64,000 bases of DNA from contig JBMCUO010000001.1 of assembly GCA_048622455.1 (NCBI GenBank), positions 2,437 through 66,436 of the forward strand, read 5' to 3'. Below are positions 21,300-30,479 of the stretch, in pieces (within the stretch, counting starts at the first letter, position 1; every line of letters starts with the position of its first letter). Below the pieces are notes generated by a model that saw only the letters and a list, made by a program, of their open reading frames with translations, did no database searches and was not told where the DNA came from. This DNA comes from Candidatus Saliniplasma sp. (GTDB lineage Archaea > Thermoplasmatota > Thermoplasmata > Halarchaeoplasmatales > Halarchaeoplasmataceae). The position numbers and the translations under genes were made by a program.

Positions 21300-21799
21300 T
21301 GGATAAAGAGATGTTACAGTACGTGAAGAAGGACGCTGATGAGAACGGTTATTACGTGTGTCCGGATGAAGACCTCCTTGAAGATTTGATAAGCGGGTTG
21401 GTCGAAAACAAAAAAAGGTACGGCTATGCTAGTTGTCCCTGCAGGCAGGCTAGTGGGGTAAAACAGTACGATGTGGATATAATATGTCCATGCGAGTACA
21501 GAGATGCGGATGTTAACGAATACGGGATGTGCTACTGCGGACTTTTCGTTTCTGAAGAAGTAAGAGATGATCCATCTAAATTAGGACCGATCCCAGAGAG
21601 AAGACCTCAATCCATCATAGACGCTGGTCTCGAAGCAAAGGATCAGGGAGCTGAAGAATTTGTGGTCGATGAAAACGAAGATATTAAAGTCTGGAGATGT
21701 TCCGTTTGTGGTTATCTAGCGGCCAGGGAAGAACCTCCTCCTATTTGCCCTATCTGTAAAGCTAAAGCAGAACGATTCGTCGAATTCGAACTAGGTTGA
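21293..21799 (+). CDS. Ferredoxin:thioredoxin/disulfide reductase catalytic domain + C-terminal rubredoxin-like domain
   Basis: CPC...CPC...CYC cluster/disulfide motifs followed by CSVC...CPIC. Confidence 0.85.
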   Translation: MLMDKEMLQYVKKDADENGYYVCPDEDLLEDLISGLVENKKRYGYASCPCRQASGVKQYDVDIICPCEYRDADVNEYGMCYCGLFVSEEVRDDPSKLGPIPERRPQSIIDAGLEAKDQGAEEFVVDENEDIKVWRCSVCGYLAAREEPPPICPICKAKAERFVEFELG

Positions 21800-21813
21800 T
21801 TGAACTGGGTTGA

Positions 21814-22386
21814 TCAAGGCTTACCCCTCGATTCTCCCCTTACTATACCGGAGGCCACTATGTGACTGATCCTTATGGGTTCGGGTATCCTACCTCTTAT
21901 AGTGAATAGTTTGATGATCCTTTCCACTTTGGATATGTCAATACCTTCTACTTGGACAAAGATCGGTTTGTACTCTGTTTCGACCTTATATATCTTACCG
22001 GCGCTGATTTTTTCGTACTTGAACTCCCAATCTGACAGATGCTCTTTCATAGCTTCTTTGATACCTTCGAAATCAGGTTGATCCCTAGATATACTCACTG
22101 CAGGTATGCCTGTTTCTTCCCATAATCTTTTTAGATCAACAAGGTTAAAGCCCCCTAGTGCAGCACCATCTGTCATTATTATGAACGGTTGGTCAACGAA
22201 TCTAGAGGTGTTTATCATGCTGAGGAGTTTATCAGTTGCATCTGTTCCATCGACCGTGACTTTTGTCGATAAAATTCCTTCAAGGTAGTTAGGTGCCCTG
22301 ACTATACTCCCTACGACTAAAACATCCTCATCTTCGAATTCGAAAGGTGAATCGTCTATGCCCAATACCCTCATCTTCTGTTTCAA
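21814..22386 (-). CDS. DUF99/UPF0215 family protein
   Basis: RVLGIDDSPF, VDGTDAT, GGFNLVD, PEPIRISH. Confidence 0.8.
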   Translation of the reverse strand: MKQKMRVLGIDDSPFEFEDEDVLVVGSIVRAPNYLEGILSTKVTVDGTDATDKLLSMINTSRFVDQPFIIMTDGAALGGFNLVDLKRLWEETGIPAVSISRDQPDFEGIKEAMKEHLSDWEFKYEKISAGKIYKVETEYKPIFVQVEGIDISKVERIIKLFTIRGRIPEPIRISHIVASGIVRGESRGKP

Positions 22387-22395
22387 ACAATCACC

Positions 22396-22752
22396 TTACA
22401 ACAAAGAAAGGTCGCCGGTAATCTTATCCAATACATTATTAGGTCCGGGTCCTATACCAAGACATGTGACGGTCCCTGGTTCGACTTCCGTCAAACCTGC
22501 ATCCCTCACAAGACAGGTGGTTAAACCTTCCTTTTCTGCCATCTCTTTTAAAAACTTCATATGTTCAATATCATCACATTTTACGACCACTTTTTTTTGA
22601 CCCTCCTGGTACCACTTTCCAAAATAATTATCGTCGTCTCTGCTGTCCAAGGTACATTTGACCGCAGCGTGGGATACCTGAACAGCCAATTTTCCAGGTG
22701 ATAATTTTAGGTCACGGGAAACCACCAATACCATCTTGTAATCAAAACTCAT
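22396..22752 (-). CDS. pth2: Peptidyl-tRNA hydrolase Pth2
   Basis: GKLAVQVSHAA, GQKKVV, DAGLTEV, TCLGIGP. Confidence 0.95.
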   Translation of the reverse strand: MSFDYKMVLVVSRDLKLSPGKLAVQVSHAAVKCTLDSRDDDNYFGKWYQEGQKKVVVKCDDIEHMKFLKEMAEKEGLTTCLVRDAGLTEVEPGTVTCLGIGPGPNNVLDKITGDLSLL

Positions 22753-22760
22753 TTGATCAC

Positions 22761-23366
22761 CTAATAGAGTTCCTCCGCTCTCATCTTCTCTAACTCTTTA
22801 AGCCTTTCATCGACCTCTTTAAGTTCCGTTTCAGCCCTTTCCTTCTTTTTCTCGTAATGCTTCCTGATACTCTTAGCCTGGGCTCTACTCTTCTTTTTGG
22901 CTTCCTTTATCTGGTATTTCAACTGCTGTCTTCTCCTTGCTAGTTTCTGCATCTCATGGAGTAGATCTTTTTCATCTTCGAACTCTATGTCCTCGGGGCC
23001 CGGTTCTGGAGGGGCGGGTTTTTCAAGTTTAGGGTGCAGCCATCCCATCCATTGATATGCACCCCTGTACCACCCTACCCAGAAGAATAAGATAGTGACC
23101 GAAATAAGCATCAACCAGATATTCGTTCCAACGAAATATCCCATCTCACCCGGTTCTACCGGTATAGAACCCAAAAAGAATCCATTTAAAATTGTAATCA
23201 CTATACTCATCCCCATGCCCAGTGTTATCCTATACAGCATATCGAACTCTTTATCCAATTCTCCTTTCCTAGGGAATAGGGCGTTCACAAGCATAAAACC
23301 AGGTAGAAAGAATATGAACAGCGTAGCTACGAGGAGTCTGAGTATCATCTTTTCACTTATAACCAA
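22761..23366 (-). CDS. DUF1616-like membrane protein with C-terminal coiled coil
   Basis: FFLPGFMLVNALFP, three TMs, charged helical tail; probable start ATG 23348. Confidence 0.6.
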   Translation of the reverse strand: MVISEKMILRLLVATLFIFFLPGFMLVNALFPRKGELDKEFDMLYRITLGMGMSIVITILNGFFLGSIPVEPGEMGYFVGTNIWLMLISVTILFFWVGWYRGAYQWMGWLHPKLEKPAPPEPGPEDIEFEDEKDLLHEMQKLARRRQQLKYQIKEAKKKSRAQAKSIRKHYEKKKERAETELKEVDERLKELEKMRAEELY

Positions 23367-23395
23367 GGTTTTTATAAAAAGTTTATTGAACTTGT

Positions 23396-24382
23396 TCAGT
23401 CGAACTCATCATAGATCTCTCCCAGTAATTCTTCTAAAATATCTTCCAAAGTGATGACTCCGTCAAACTTACCTTTCTCATCCACAACTATCGCCATGTG
23501 GATCCTGTTACGACGCATGATCTCAAAAACGTCAGTTATCTCGTCCTTGTTACTCACATAGAAAGGGTCTTCTCCTATAAAATCTCCTATCTGAGCCCCC
23601 GAAATAGACAAAAGGTCCTTGCTGTATAGTATTCCTATCACCTCATTGCTTTCGTGCTTTGTGACTGGTATCCTGGTGAAACCATGTTCTTTTATGAACT
23701 CTTTTCCCTCATCAACACTCAATTTTTCATCTATGACGAAGGTATCTTCCTTGGGTACTTTTACATCCTTTACTTTTACGTCCCCAAACCAAAAAACCTG
23801 GTGAAGAATATCTTTCTCAATCTCTTTGATAACTCCTTCCCTTTCTAATATAGATGCGAGTTTTCTGACATCTGATTCGGTAACTTCGATATCCTCATCT
23901 TTTGTTTTCCCCCCGAAAAGGTCTATCAGAAAATCAGAGGTATTATCAAGAAGCAGTATCAATGGATTCAATATGATCGATAAATAATAAATCAACTTTG
24001 CATTGATGATGCTGAAGTGTTTATTGTTCTTGATTGCAAAGCCTTTAGGTGTTATCTCCCCAAAGATCAATAATACAATAGTAAGAATACCGACCGTTAG
24101 AGATACCCCCCAGCTACCTATAAGATCGTATGCCATGACCGTTGCTATAGCTGAAGCTGTCACATTGACGAGGTTATTGCCTATTAAAATGGTGATTATC
24201 GTTTTATCCATATCTGATTTTAGTTTGTAAATTATCTCCGCGTTCTTTTTATTATCCACTCTCATGTGTGCTAAATCCATTTTCGAGAGTGACGTTAGGG
24301 CGGTTTCAGAACCGGAAAAGCGTCCACTCAGGTAAACCAATACCGCCAATGATACCAGATAAATAATTAACATCCAATCCAT
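23396..24382 (-). CDS. CNNM/DUF21 + CBS domain protein (CorB/TlyC-like)
   Basis: FSGSETALTS, ILIGNNLVN, GEITPK, tandem CBS, TLEDILEE. Confidence 0.9.
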   Translation of the reverse strand: MDWMLIIYLVSLAVLVYLSGRFSGSETALTSLSKMDLAHMRVDNKKNAEIIYKLKSDMDKTIITILIGNNLVNVTASAIATVMAYDLIGSWGVSLTVGILTIVLLIFGEITPKGFAIKNNKHFSIINAKLIYYLSIILNPLILLLDNTSDFLIDLFGGKTKDEDIEVTESDVRKLASILEREGVIKEIEKDILHQVFWFGDVKVKDVKVPKEDTFVIDEKLSVDEGKEFIKEHGFTRIPVTKHESNEVIGILYSKDLLSISGAQIGDFIGEDPFYVSNKDEITDVFEIMRRNRIHMAIVVDEKGKFDGVITLEDILEELLGEIYDEFD

Positions 24383-24528
24383 TTTGTCTCACTCTTTTTC
24401 TACCGAGATGATTTCATTATATTATTATCTTTCACTTAGTAAGCGACTTAAACAATTTCTGCTTGTATGTAAATCTTTCAGTGGGTTCTTGGTTATGTGA
24501 TACATATTTTTCATCAATATATCTTTCA

Positions 24529-24924
24529 TCAAGTTTCCGTGATCTTATTGATCAATTTATCGATATCTTCAGATTCTATCGTAACATGGATACCACCAAG
24601 GGGTTGGTCTTCATCGGATAGATTTACCTTACGGTTACAGGACGCCTGTTTCGAAAGTGTAAATGAACATCTATCCCCAATTATTCTATCCTTGATATAA
24701 CTGCGAACCGTATCCCTTATCCTCATATTCTGGATTATTTCGGCGAAGGTTTTCAAAGAAGTAGATTCACCTGTAATCTTTTTTTCATTAATTTCCCATA
24801 TAGCTTCCGGGAAGATCTTATTTAGACAATCTATTATCCTGTCAGGGTTCTCAGTAGGATATACAGGGGTTCTGATCTTTACTTTAAATTCAATTTGTTC
24901 TGGATGCATCTCCATTGTTCGCAT
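24529..24924 (-). CDS. UPF0201/DUF54 archaeal putative RNA-binding protein
   Basis: VYPTE..., IRDTVR, LSKQA, PLGGI. Confidence 0.7.
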   Translation of the reverse strand: MRTMEMHPEQIEFKVKIRTPVYPTENPDRIIDCLNKIFPEAIWEINEKKITGESTSLKTFAEIIQNMRIRDTVRSYIKDRIIGDRCSFTLSKQASCNRKVNLSDEDQPLGGIHVTIESEDIDKLINKITET

Positions 24925-25014
24925 GCAGTAATAGATAAAATACTTTGTGATTTTAAAAGTTTTAGAGAAAATACTTTTAAATGTGAGTGGGTATAACGTA
25001 TGCGTGAATAACTC

Positions 25015-25088
25015 GGGCTCATAGTCTAGTTGGTTATGATGTCGCCTTCACATGGCGGAGGTCGCCGGTTCGAATCCGGCTGAGCCCA
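25015..25088 (+). tRNA. tRNA-Val(CAC)
   Basis: GGGCTCA/TGAGCCC acceptor stem, anticodon loop TT-CAC-AT, T-arm GCCGG-TTCGAAT-CCGGC; no CCA; TATA-like TTTTAAAT about 35-40 bp upstream. Confidence 0.95.
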
Positions 25089-25108
25089 TTTTTTCACAAA
25101 AAATGGGC
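25084..25108 (+). repeat. Perfect 11-bp inverted repeat overlapping the tRNA-Val 3' end (possible terminator/processing hairpin)
   Basis: GCCCATTTTTT-CAC-AAAAAATGGGC. Confidence 0.7.
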
Positions 25109-25221
25109 AGTTAGAATCTATGATTCTGACGAGCCCACTATACCCACTATAAAAGGGTATATTTTTAGTGGGGTAAGAGAATGCGCGAGTATTTTGTGTA
25201 TGCCGACTTGAGGTAGATAAG

Positions 25222-25917
25222 ATGAAAACCATAGGTTTGATAGGAGGTATGAGTTGGGAATCCACTCTAGAATATTATAGGATAGTGAATGAGGAAATGA
25301 AGAAAAAACTGGGAGAGGACCACTCTGGCGAACTGGCCATATATTCATTTGACTTTTATGACATCGTAAAACTCCAAGAAGAAGGAGATTGGAAAGTATT
25401 GGAAGATATGATGGTCAAAGCTGGAGAAGGACTCAAACATACTGGTGCTGACTTCCTGCTGATCTGTGCAAATACCATGAACAAGATGGCCGATAAAGTA
25501 GAACAAAGAGTTGGTTTACCTGTTATACACATCGGAGATGCCACCGCTGAAGTTATAAAAGAAAGGGGTATAGATACAGTTGGTCTGATCGGCACCAAGT
25601 ACGTTATGGAGGAGGATTTTTACAGAAGACGGTTGAAAGAAAGACATGATATCGATGTATTGATTCCTGATAAAAGTAACAGGAACAAAGTCCACGAAAT
25701 AATCTACAACGAGTTATGTAAAGGTGTAGTGAAAGAACCTTCGAAAAATAACCTTCTAGACATGATCGATGATCTGTTAGATAGAGGTGCGCAGGGTATA
25801 ATCCTTGGATGTACTGAGATACCTTTGTATATCTCTGAAGAAGAAGTTGGAAGTCCCCTATTCAATACTACTAAGATCCACGCTGAAGCCGCTGTAGATT
25901 ATGCATTAAAAGACTGA
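25222..25917 (+). CDS. Aspartate/glutamate racemase family amino-acid racemase (YgeA/RacX-like)
   Basis: IGLIGGMSWESTxxYY; two-Cys sites ICANT and LGCTE. Confidence 0.9.
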   Translation: MKTIGLIGGMSWESTLEYYRIVNEEMKKKLGEDHSGELAIYSFDFYDIVKLQEEGDWKVLEDMMVKAGEGLKHTGADFLLICANTMNKMADKVEQRVGLPVIHIGDATAEVIKERGIDTVGLIGTKYVMEEDFYRRRLKERHDIDVLIPDKSNRNKVHEIIYNELCKGVVKEPSKNNLLDMIDDLLDRGAQGIILGCTEIPLYISEEEVGSPLFNTTKIHAEAAVDYALKD

Positions 25918-26122
25918 TCGATCGAAGTGTATAACTTACGTAAGTATGCATACAAAACAGTTATATCCTAGTAAACCAAATCTAACATCCGTAAAAGATG
26001 AGGAAACATAAAGATATGCTCGATGATACCAATCTATCTACAAATATTAATCATAATTTTTTAGGAATATTAATATACCTAGTCACGATTATGCTTAGTA
26101 ATTTGAAGGAGGTGTAAAGAGG

Positions 26123-26962
26123 ATGCCAAAAGGCCAGGTCGTCACTATAGGTGGCAATCTAGATTTCTTCCCAGAAGACCCTATAATAGTAGAATTTTTA
26201 AACAGGATCAGGGAAAATCTTGAACATTCTCCGATGATAGGTATCATCCCTTCTGCTAGTTTGAACCCTATAAGAACGGGAAAAAAATATTCTCACCTTT
26301 TCAGATGTGATGATATTCAAACCAAAGTGATATACCCAGAGGATCGTGAGGAAGCTAACAAAGAGAGTACTATAAGGGATATCGAAGACTGCGACGCTTT
26401 TTTCTTCACCGGTGGAAATCAACTTAGGATCACAGCTTTATTGGGCGGTACACAATCATTAAGAACTATCAAAGAGAAATTCGAGAACGGAGCGTTCATA
26501 GGGGGGACTAGTGCTGGGTCGGTGTGCCTTACCAGGACCATGATCGCTTACGGTAAGAGTAAAGAATCCTTACTACATGGTAAAGTTGAACTTTCTCCAG
26601 GCCTCAACATCATAGAAGATGCGGTCATAGATACACATTTCACAGCTCGAGGGAGATTCCCAAGGTTGGTACATGTTGTTACTGAACATCCCGGGATACT
26701 GGGAGTGGGATTAGGAGAGGATACAGCGGCTTTCTGGGATTTTGAAAAGAAGGAATTCTTTGTAGTAGGATCCAGGAACATAGTGGTGGTTGATGGAAAG
26801 GAGATAGGGCTATCCAGCGTTCCGCATATTAAGTACCGTGAGCCTATCTGTGTAGAGGGTATCATAGTCCATATATTGGGTAATGGCTGGGGTTTCGACC
26901 TCGAGAATAAAAAGCCTTATTTCAACGAGGATTTCAAAGTTACCCACCCAGAAGATTGGTGA
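26123..26962 (+). CDS. cphB: Cyanophycinase (peptidase S51)
   Basis: FTGGNQLR, GTSAG (Ser), IDTHFxxRGR (His), GLGEDT (Glu); SD GGAGGT; abuts cphA. Confidence 0.9.
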   Translation: MPKGQVVTIGGNLDFFPEDPIIVEFLNRIRENLEHSPMIGIIPSASLNPIRTGKKYSHLFRCDDIQTKVIYPEDREEANKESTIRDIEDCDAFFFTGGNQLRITALLGGTQSLRTIKEKFENGAFIGGTSAGSVCLTRTMIAYGKSKESLLHGKVELSPGLNIIEDAVIDTHFTARGRFPRLVHVVTEHPGILGVGLGEDTAAFWDFEKKEFFVVGSRNIVVVDGKEIGLSSVPHIKYREPICVEGIIVHILGNGWGFDLENKKPYFNEDFKVTHPEDW

Positions 26963-26963
26963 T

Positions 26964-29612
26964 TCAGTTATTTTTCCTAAAGTTAAAAGGTCTGAGATCA
27001 GTTTTAGAACCGTTTTTAGATAATATTTTCAAGATATCCTGAGAGGTCACATCTAGGTCCGCAAATACCAATCTGTCGCCGGGCTTTCTATTTTGTAAAA
27101 CAAACTCAATTGCCTCATATTTATCAGATATCGATATAGGTACGTTACCATCGTTATCTAATACTCCCTGAGCCACCAGGTTACATGTTTCCCCATATTC
27201 CCTACCCCTGACAATCTCCTCATTTTCAGTACATATCACTATGTCGAACTTATCTGAGGCCTCTTTACCACACTGTTTTATAAATTCATCACTCCTATCC
27301 CCAGGGATGGTCAATGCGATTATCTTCCTACTGCCTGGCAGATGATCTGAATAATCACCTAATGCTTTGATTCCCTCGATATTATGCGCATAATCCAAAA
27401 CTATCAGAGAATCGTCCAATTCATAAGTATTAGCACGGCCAGGATTCATATCTTCATCCATGGAGAACACCTTCAATCTACGGATGATGTTTTTCATAGA
27501 TACACCAGAAGCATGACTTGCTGCGATTGCTGCCAACGTATTCTCCAACCACATCTTAACACCTCCCATCAGATATGGAATATCCGAGATATTCACTAGT
27601 TTCTTTCCTTCTCCCTCTTCGTATAATACTATACTAGAATCTTCCACGACTATTGTTTTGATACCTTGTTCGATAAATGAAGATATTTTATCATCTTTAT
27701 TCACAGCGAAAATAAATGGTATTCCTCTACATCTTTCAAGCAATCCATCTGCAAATTCGTCGTTCCCGTTGAAAACGCAGTATCCCTCTTTTTGAGTCGT
27801 TTCTAGAAGAAGAGATTTTACATGGAATATACCTTCTAAAGTTTCGATACCATCCATTCCCAAATGGTCCTTCTGAATATTCGTCACTACGCTAACCTTA
27901 GTTTTATCAAATCCAAGGCCACTCCTTAAGATGCCTCCCCTAGCTGTTTCGAGAACAGCGTATTCTACATCAGGATTGTCTAAAACCACTCGAGCACTCC
28001 AAGGCCCAGTGTTATCACCCTCCATTATCCTTTCACCATCAAGATATATGCCGCCTGTAACTGTCATACCAGTTTTGAAACCGACTCCTCTTGCGATCCA
28101 CTCGATGAGACGGACAGTAGTTGTCTTTCCGTTAGTTCCAGTAACTGCTATTAAAGGTATCCTACCATCTTTGTTAGGGTATAAATGATCTATCACATAT
28201 TCTCCAACATCTATGGGCTCACCTATGGCAGGGTCAGTGTGCATCCTGAGTCCAGGACTTGCGTTCACCTCTATTATACCCCATCTCATATCATCTGGGT
28301 GTTTGGTAACGTCTTCAGCGATGATATCTATCCCGACCATATCCATATCAATTACTTTACTAGCCCTCTCGATGATTTTTATCAATTCTGGATTTACACG
28401 ACCTGTATAATTCTCTGAGATCGCTCCTGTACTTAGGTTACCACCCACCCTAAGATAGACTTTTTCTCCTTTGTCGGGTACTGATTCAGGTATGAAACCT
28501 CGAGTTCTCAAGTATCTTTTCTCCTCCTTACCCAATCTGATAATGGTAAGAACGCCTTGATGCCCTTCACTTCTACGGGGATCCTCGTTTTCCTTTTCGA
28601 CCAGTTCCTCGATGGTAGATTCACCATCTCCAGTCACATGAGGGGGGATCCTCTTTGAAACGGCTTTTACTTCATCATCTATAACTAAAAACCTGAAATC
28701 ATCACCTGGGATATGCTCCTCTAAAAGTAATTTATCCGAGTATTGTTTCGAGATATCGTAGGCTTCCTCCAATTCGTCTTCATCGATTATATCCCCTATA
28801 ACACCCTTCCCTTGATGACCATCTACTGGTTTTATTATGACCGGATATCTGAGTGTTTTAGCGGCTTGGATAGCCTCTTCTTTGGAAGTCACCGTTTCAC
28901 CTTCTGGCACTGAAAAACCTGTTTCATGTAGGACCTTTTTAGTCAATAATTTGTCTTGTGCGATATCAGAGGATATCATGGATGTTTTGGAAGTCACCGG
29001 TCCCCAGATCCTCCTTTTTTTTACACCCCAACCCAAGGAGTAAAGGCTGTAGTCCTTATGAATATGTCGGAATGGGATATCATGTCGTTTGGCAGCATCT
29101 AAAATAGCTTTTGTACTCGGTCCCTTCTTACTCAGCATGTATACCTTACGGGCCTTTTTTATGATGCTGTTGACTTTACCTTTAAGACCCTCTTCTCCTT
29201 TTAGTATCAAATTGTATATTTCTACCGCCTTATCGAGAGCATGATCCACGAGTTCTTCATAATTGTATTCTATGATTAAGTTATAAACATTACCAGAGTC
29301 TTTACGACTTTTACCAAAAAATATTTCGTCTCCTGCCATATTTTGGATTGCTATAGCGATGTGTTCGATAACGTGTGTTGGATATGTTCCCTCATCGAGT
29401 CTCTCTAAAAATCCACCTTTGTAACCTGGAGAACAAGTATGATTTTTAATCTCCGGAAAGAAATTTACCAAGAGTTCTTTTATACGCTCATCAGACGGAA
29501 CATCTGTCATATCTCCTAGATCTAAGGTTACATCTAATACGGGAAAAAGAGCATGGATATTTGGCCCTTTAAGATAATTCTTCTTTATGATCCGTATCTC
29601 TTCATTGGACAT
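26964..29612 (-). CDS. cphA: Cyanophycin synthetase CphA1 (N domain + ATP-grasp + Mur-ligase-like)
   Basis: GPN N-terminus, Cx19HxxEH, GPST, KPxDGxQGKG, NLSTG, EVNASPGLRMH, VTGTNGKTTT, ETARGGILRSGL, DYAHN; 882 aa. Confidence 0.92.
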   Translation of the reverse strand: MSNEEIRIIKKNYLKGPNIHALFPVLDVTLDLGDMTDVPSDERIKELLVNFFPEIKNHTCSPGYKGGFLERLDEGTYPTHVIEHIAIAIQNMAGDEIFFGKSRKDSGNVYNLIIEYNYEELVDHALDKAVEIYNLILKGEEGLKGKVNSIIKKARKVYMLSKKGPSTKAILDAAKRHDIPFRHIHKDYSLYSLGWGVKKRRIWGPVTSKTSMISSDIAQDKLLTKKVLHETGFSVPEGETVTSKEEAIQAAKTLRYPVIIKPVDGHQGKGVIGDIIDEDELEEAYDISKQYSDKLLLEEHIPGDDFRFLVIDDEVKAVSKRIPPHVTGDGESTIEELVEKENEDPRRSEGHQGVLTIIRLGKEEKRYLRTRGFIPESVPDKGEKVYLRVGGNLSTGAISENYTGRVNPELIKIIERASKVIDMDMVGIDIIAEDVTKHPDDMRWGIIEVNASPGLRMHTDPAIGEPIDVGEYVIDHLYPNKDGRIPLIAVTGTNGKTTTVRLIEWIARGVGFKTGMTVTGGIYLDGERIMEGDNTGPWSARVVLDNPDVEYAVLETARGGILRSGLGFDKTKVSVVTNIQKDHLGMDGIETLEGIFHVKSLLLETTQKEGYCVFNGNDEFADGLLERCRGIPFIFAVNKDDKISSFIEQGIKTIVVEDSSIVLYEEGEGKKLVNISDIPYLMGGVKMWLENTLAAIAASHASGVSMKNIIRRLKVFSMDEDMNPGRANTYELDDSLIVLDYAHNIEGIKALGDYSDHLPGSRKIIALTIPGDRSDEFIKQCGKEASDKFDIVICTENEEIVRGREYGETCNLVAQGVLDNDGNVPISISDKYEAIEFVLQNRKPGDRLVFADLDVTSQDILKILSKNGSKTDLRPFNFRKNN

Positions 29613-29641
29613 ATAAACCTCACCTTAGTTAGTTAAAATTA

Positions 29642-29890
29642 TTAATCAGAGTCCAACAGCATTTTTTTTTCTACAAACGTATGTAGTTTTTGCTCATATA
29701 AGGGGCCATCGATATCAATCTCGAATTCTGTACGACAGAGTTTCATCATCCCTCTTACAAATTGATCTTCTAAATCTGGTGGAATACGTCTTCCGTGAAA
29801 GCCCATTTTATTTTTTTGAATCCGGTAAATGACTGGAATAACATACCCTAGTTTATCATTAAGTATACACTCTATATCTGACTCCACCAT
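29642..29890 (-). CDS. Hypothetical protein immediately upstream of cphA
   Basis: GGTGAT directly before the ATG; 29-bp gap to cphA on the same strand. Confidence 0.6.
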   Translation of the reverse strand: MVESDIECILNDKLGYVIPVIYRIQKNKMGFHGRRIPPDLEDQFVRGMMKLCRTEFEIDIDGPLYEQKLHTFVEKKMLLDSD

Positions 29891-30020
29891 ATCACCATAC
29901 GGAAGGTATAATAGGTTATCAAGTTATTTTAACTTTTTTAATTATAGACCAATAAATATTAATCCTGTTATTTTTAGTAGCTTGATAAATTTAATAAACT
30001 ACCTCCTATGATATAGGTCC

Positions 30021-30476
30021 ATGAAGAAGCTAGTGGTTTATATCTTGATCATCCTCCTGGTGGCGGTAGCTTTCGTGGGCTGTAATACCGAAACACCAAG
30101 ACCACCTGCTTACGATATACCTAAATTTGTCATGGATTATCCAGCCCAGGAAGAAGGACCAAATGAAACTGCCATTTTTATCCACGGTGTTGAGGATGTT
30201 ATTTACGATAGACTGATTTTACAAGTCGATAATGAAACCATTTTTAACAAAACCCGAGCTTTTTCTATCGAATATAAAACCAACCGCACTGATTTTCATA
30301 TCAATACTTATGTGTACAGAGACGAAGATATATACAATTTTAACGCTACCATTGAAACTTTCCATAATGAAGAGGTTGCATATCGTTTTAGATTAACACA
30401 TATTGATGGGAGCGAAGAAAATATAAAGCCTGAAAATCTACCCTTCGTAAGGAGAATGAACATCATGGAGGATTAA
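30021..30476 (+). CDS. Putative lipoprotein
   Basis: MKK + hydrophobic stretch + VAFVGC lipobox-like motif. Confidence 0.65.
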   Translation: MKKLVVYILIILLVAVAFVGCNTETPRPPAYDIPKFVMDYPAQEEGPNETAIFIHGVEDVIYDRLILQVDNETIFNKTRAFSIEYKTNRTDFHINTYVYRDEDIYNFNATIETFHNEEVAYRFRLTHIDGSEENIKPENLPFVRRMNIMED

Positions 30477-30479
30477 ACT

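Noticed and set aside
25026..25265. 79-aa ORF ending WAQPDSNRRPPPCEG
   Set aside because: Typical antisense translation of the tRNA-Val gene.
29916..29988. 11-bp inverted repeat TTATCAAGTTA...TAGCTTGATAA as transposon ends
   Set aside because: No transposase or target duplication; each half sits just upstream of a TATA-like element of divergent promoters, so more likely promoter elements.
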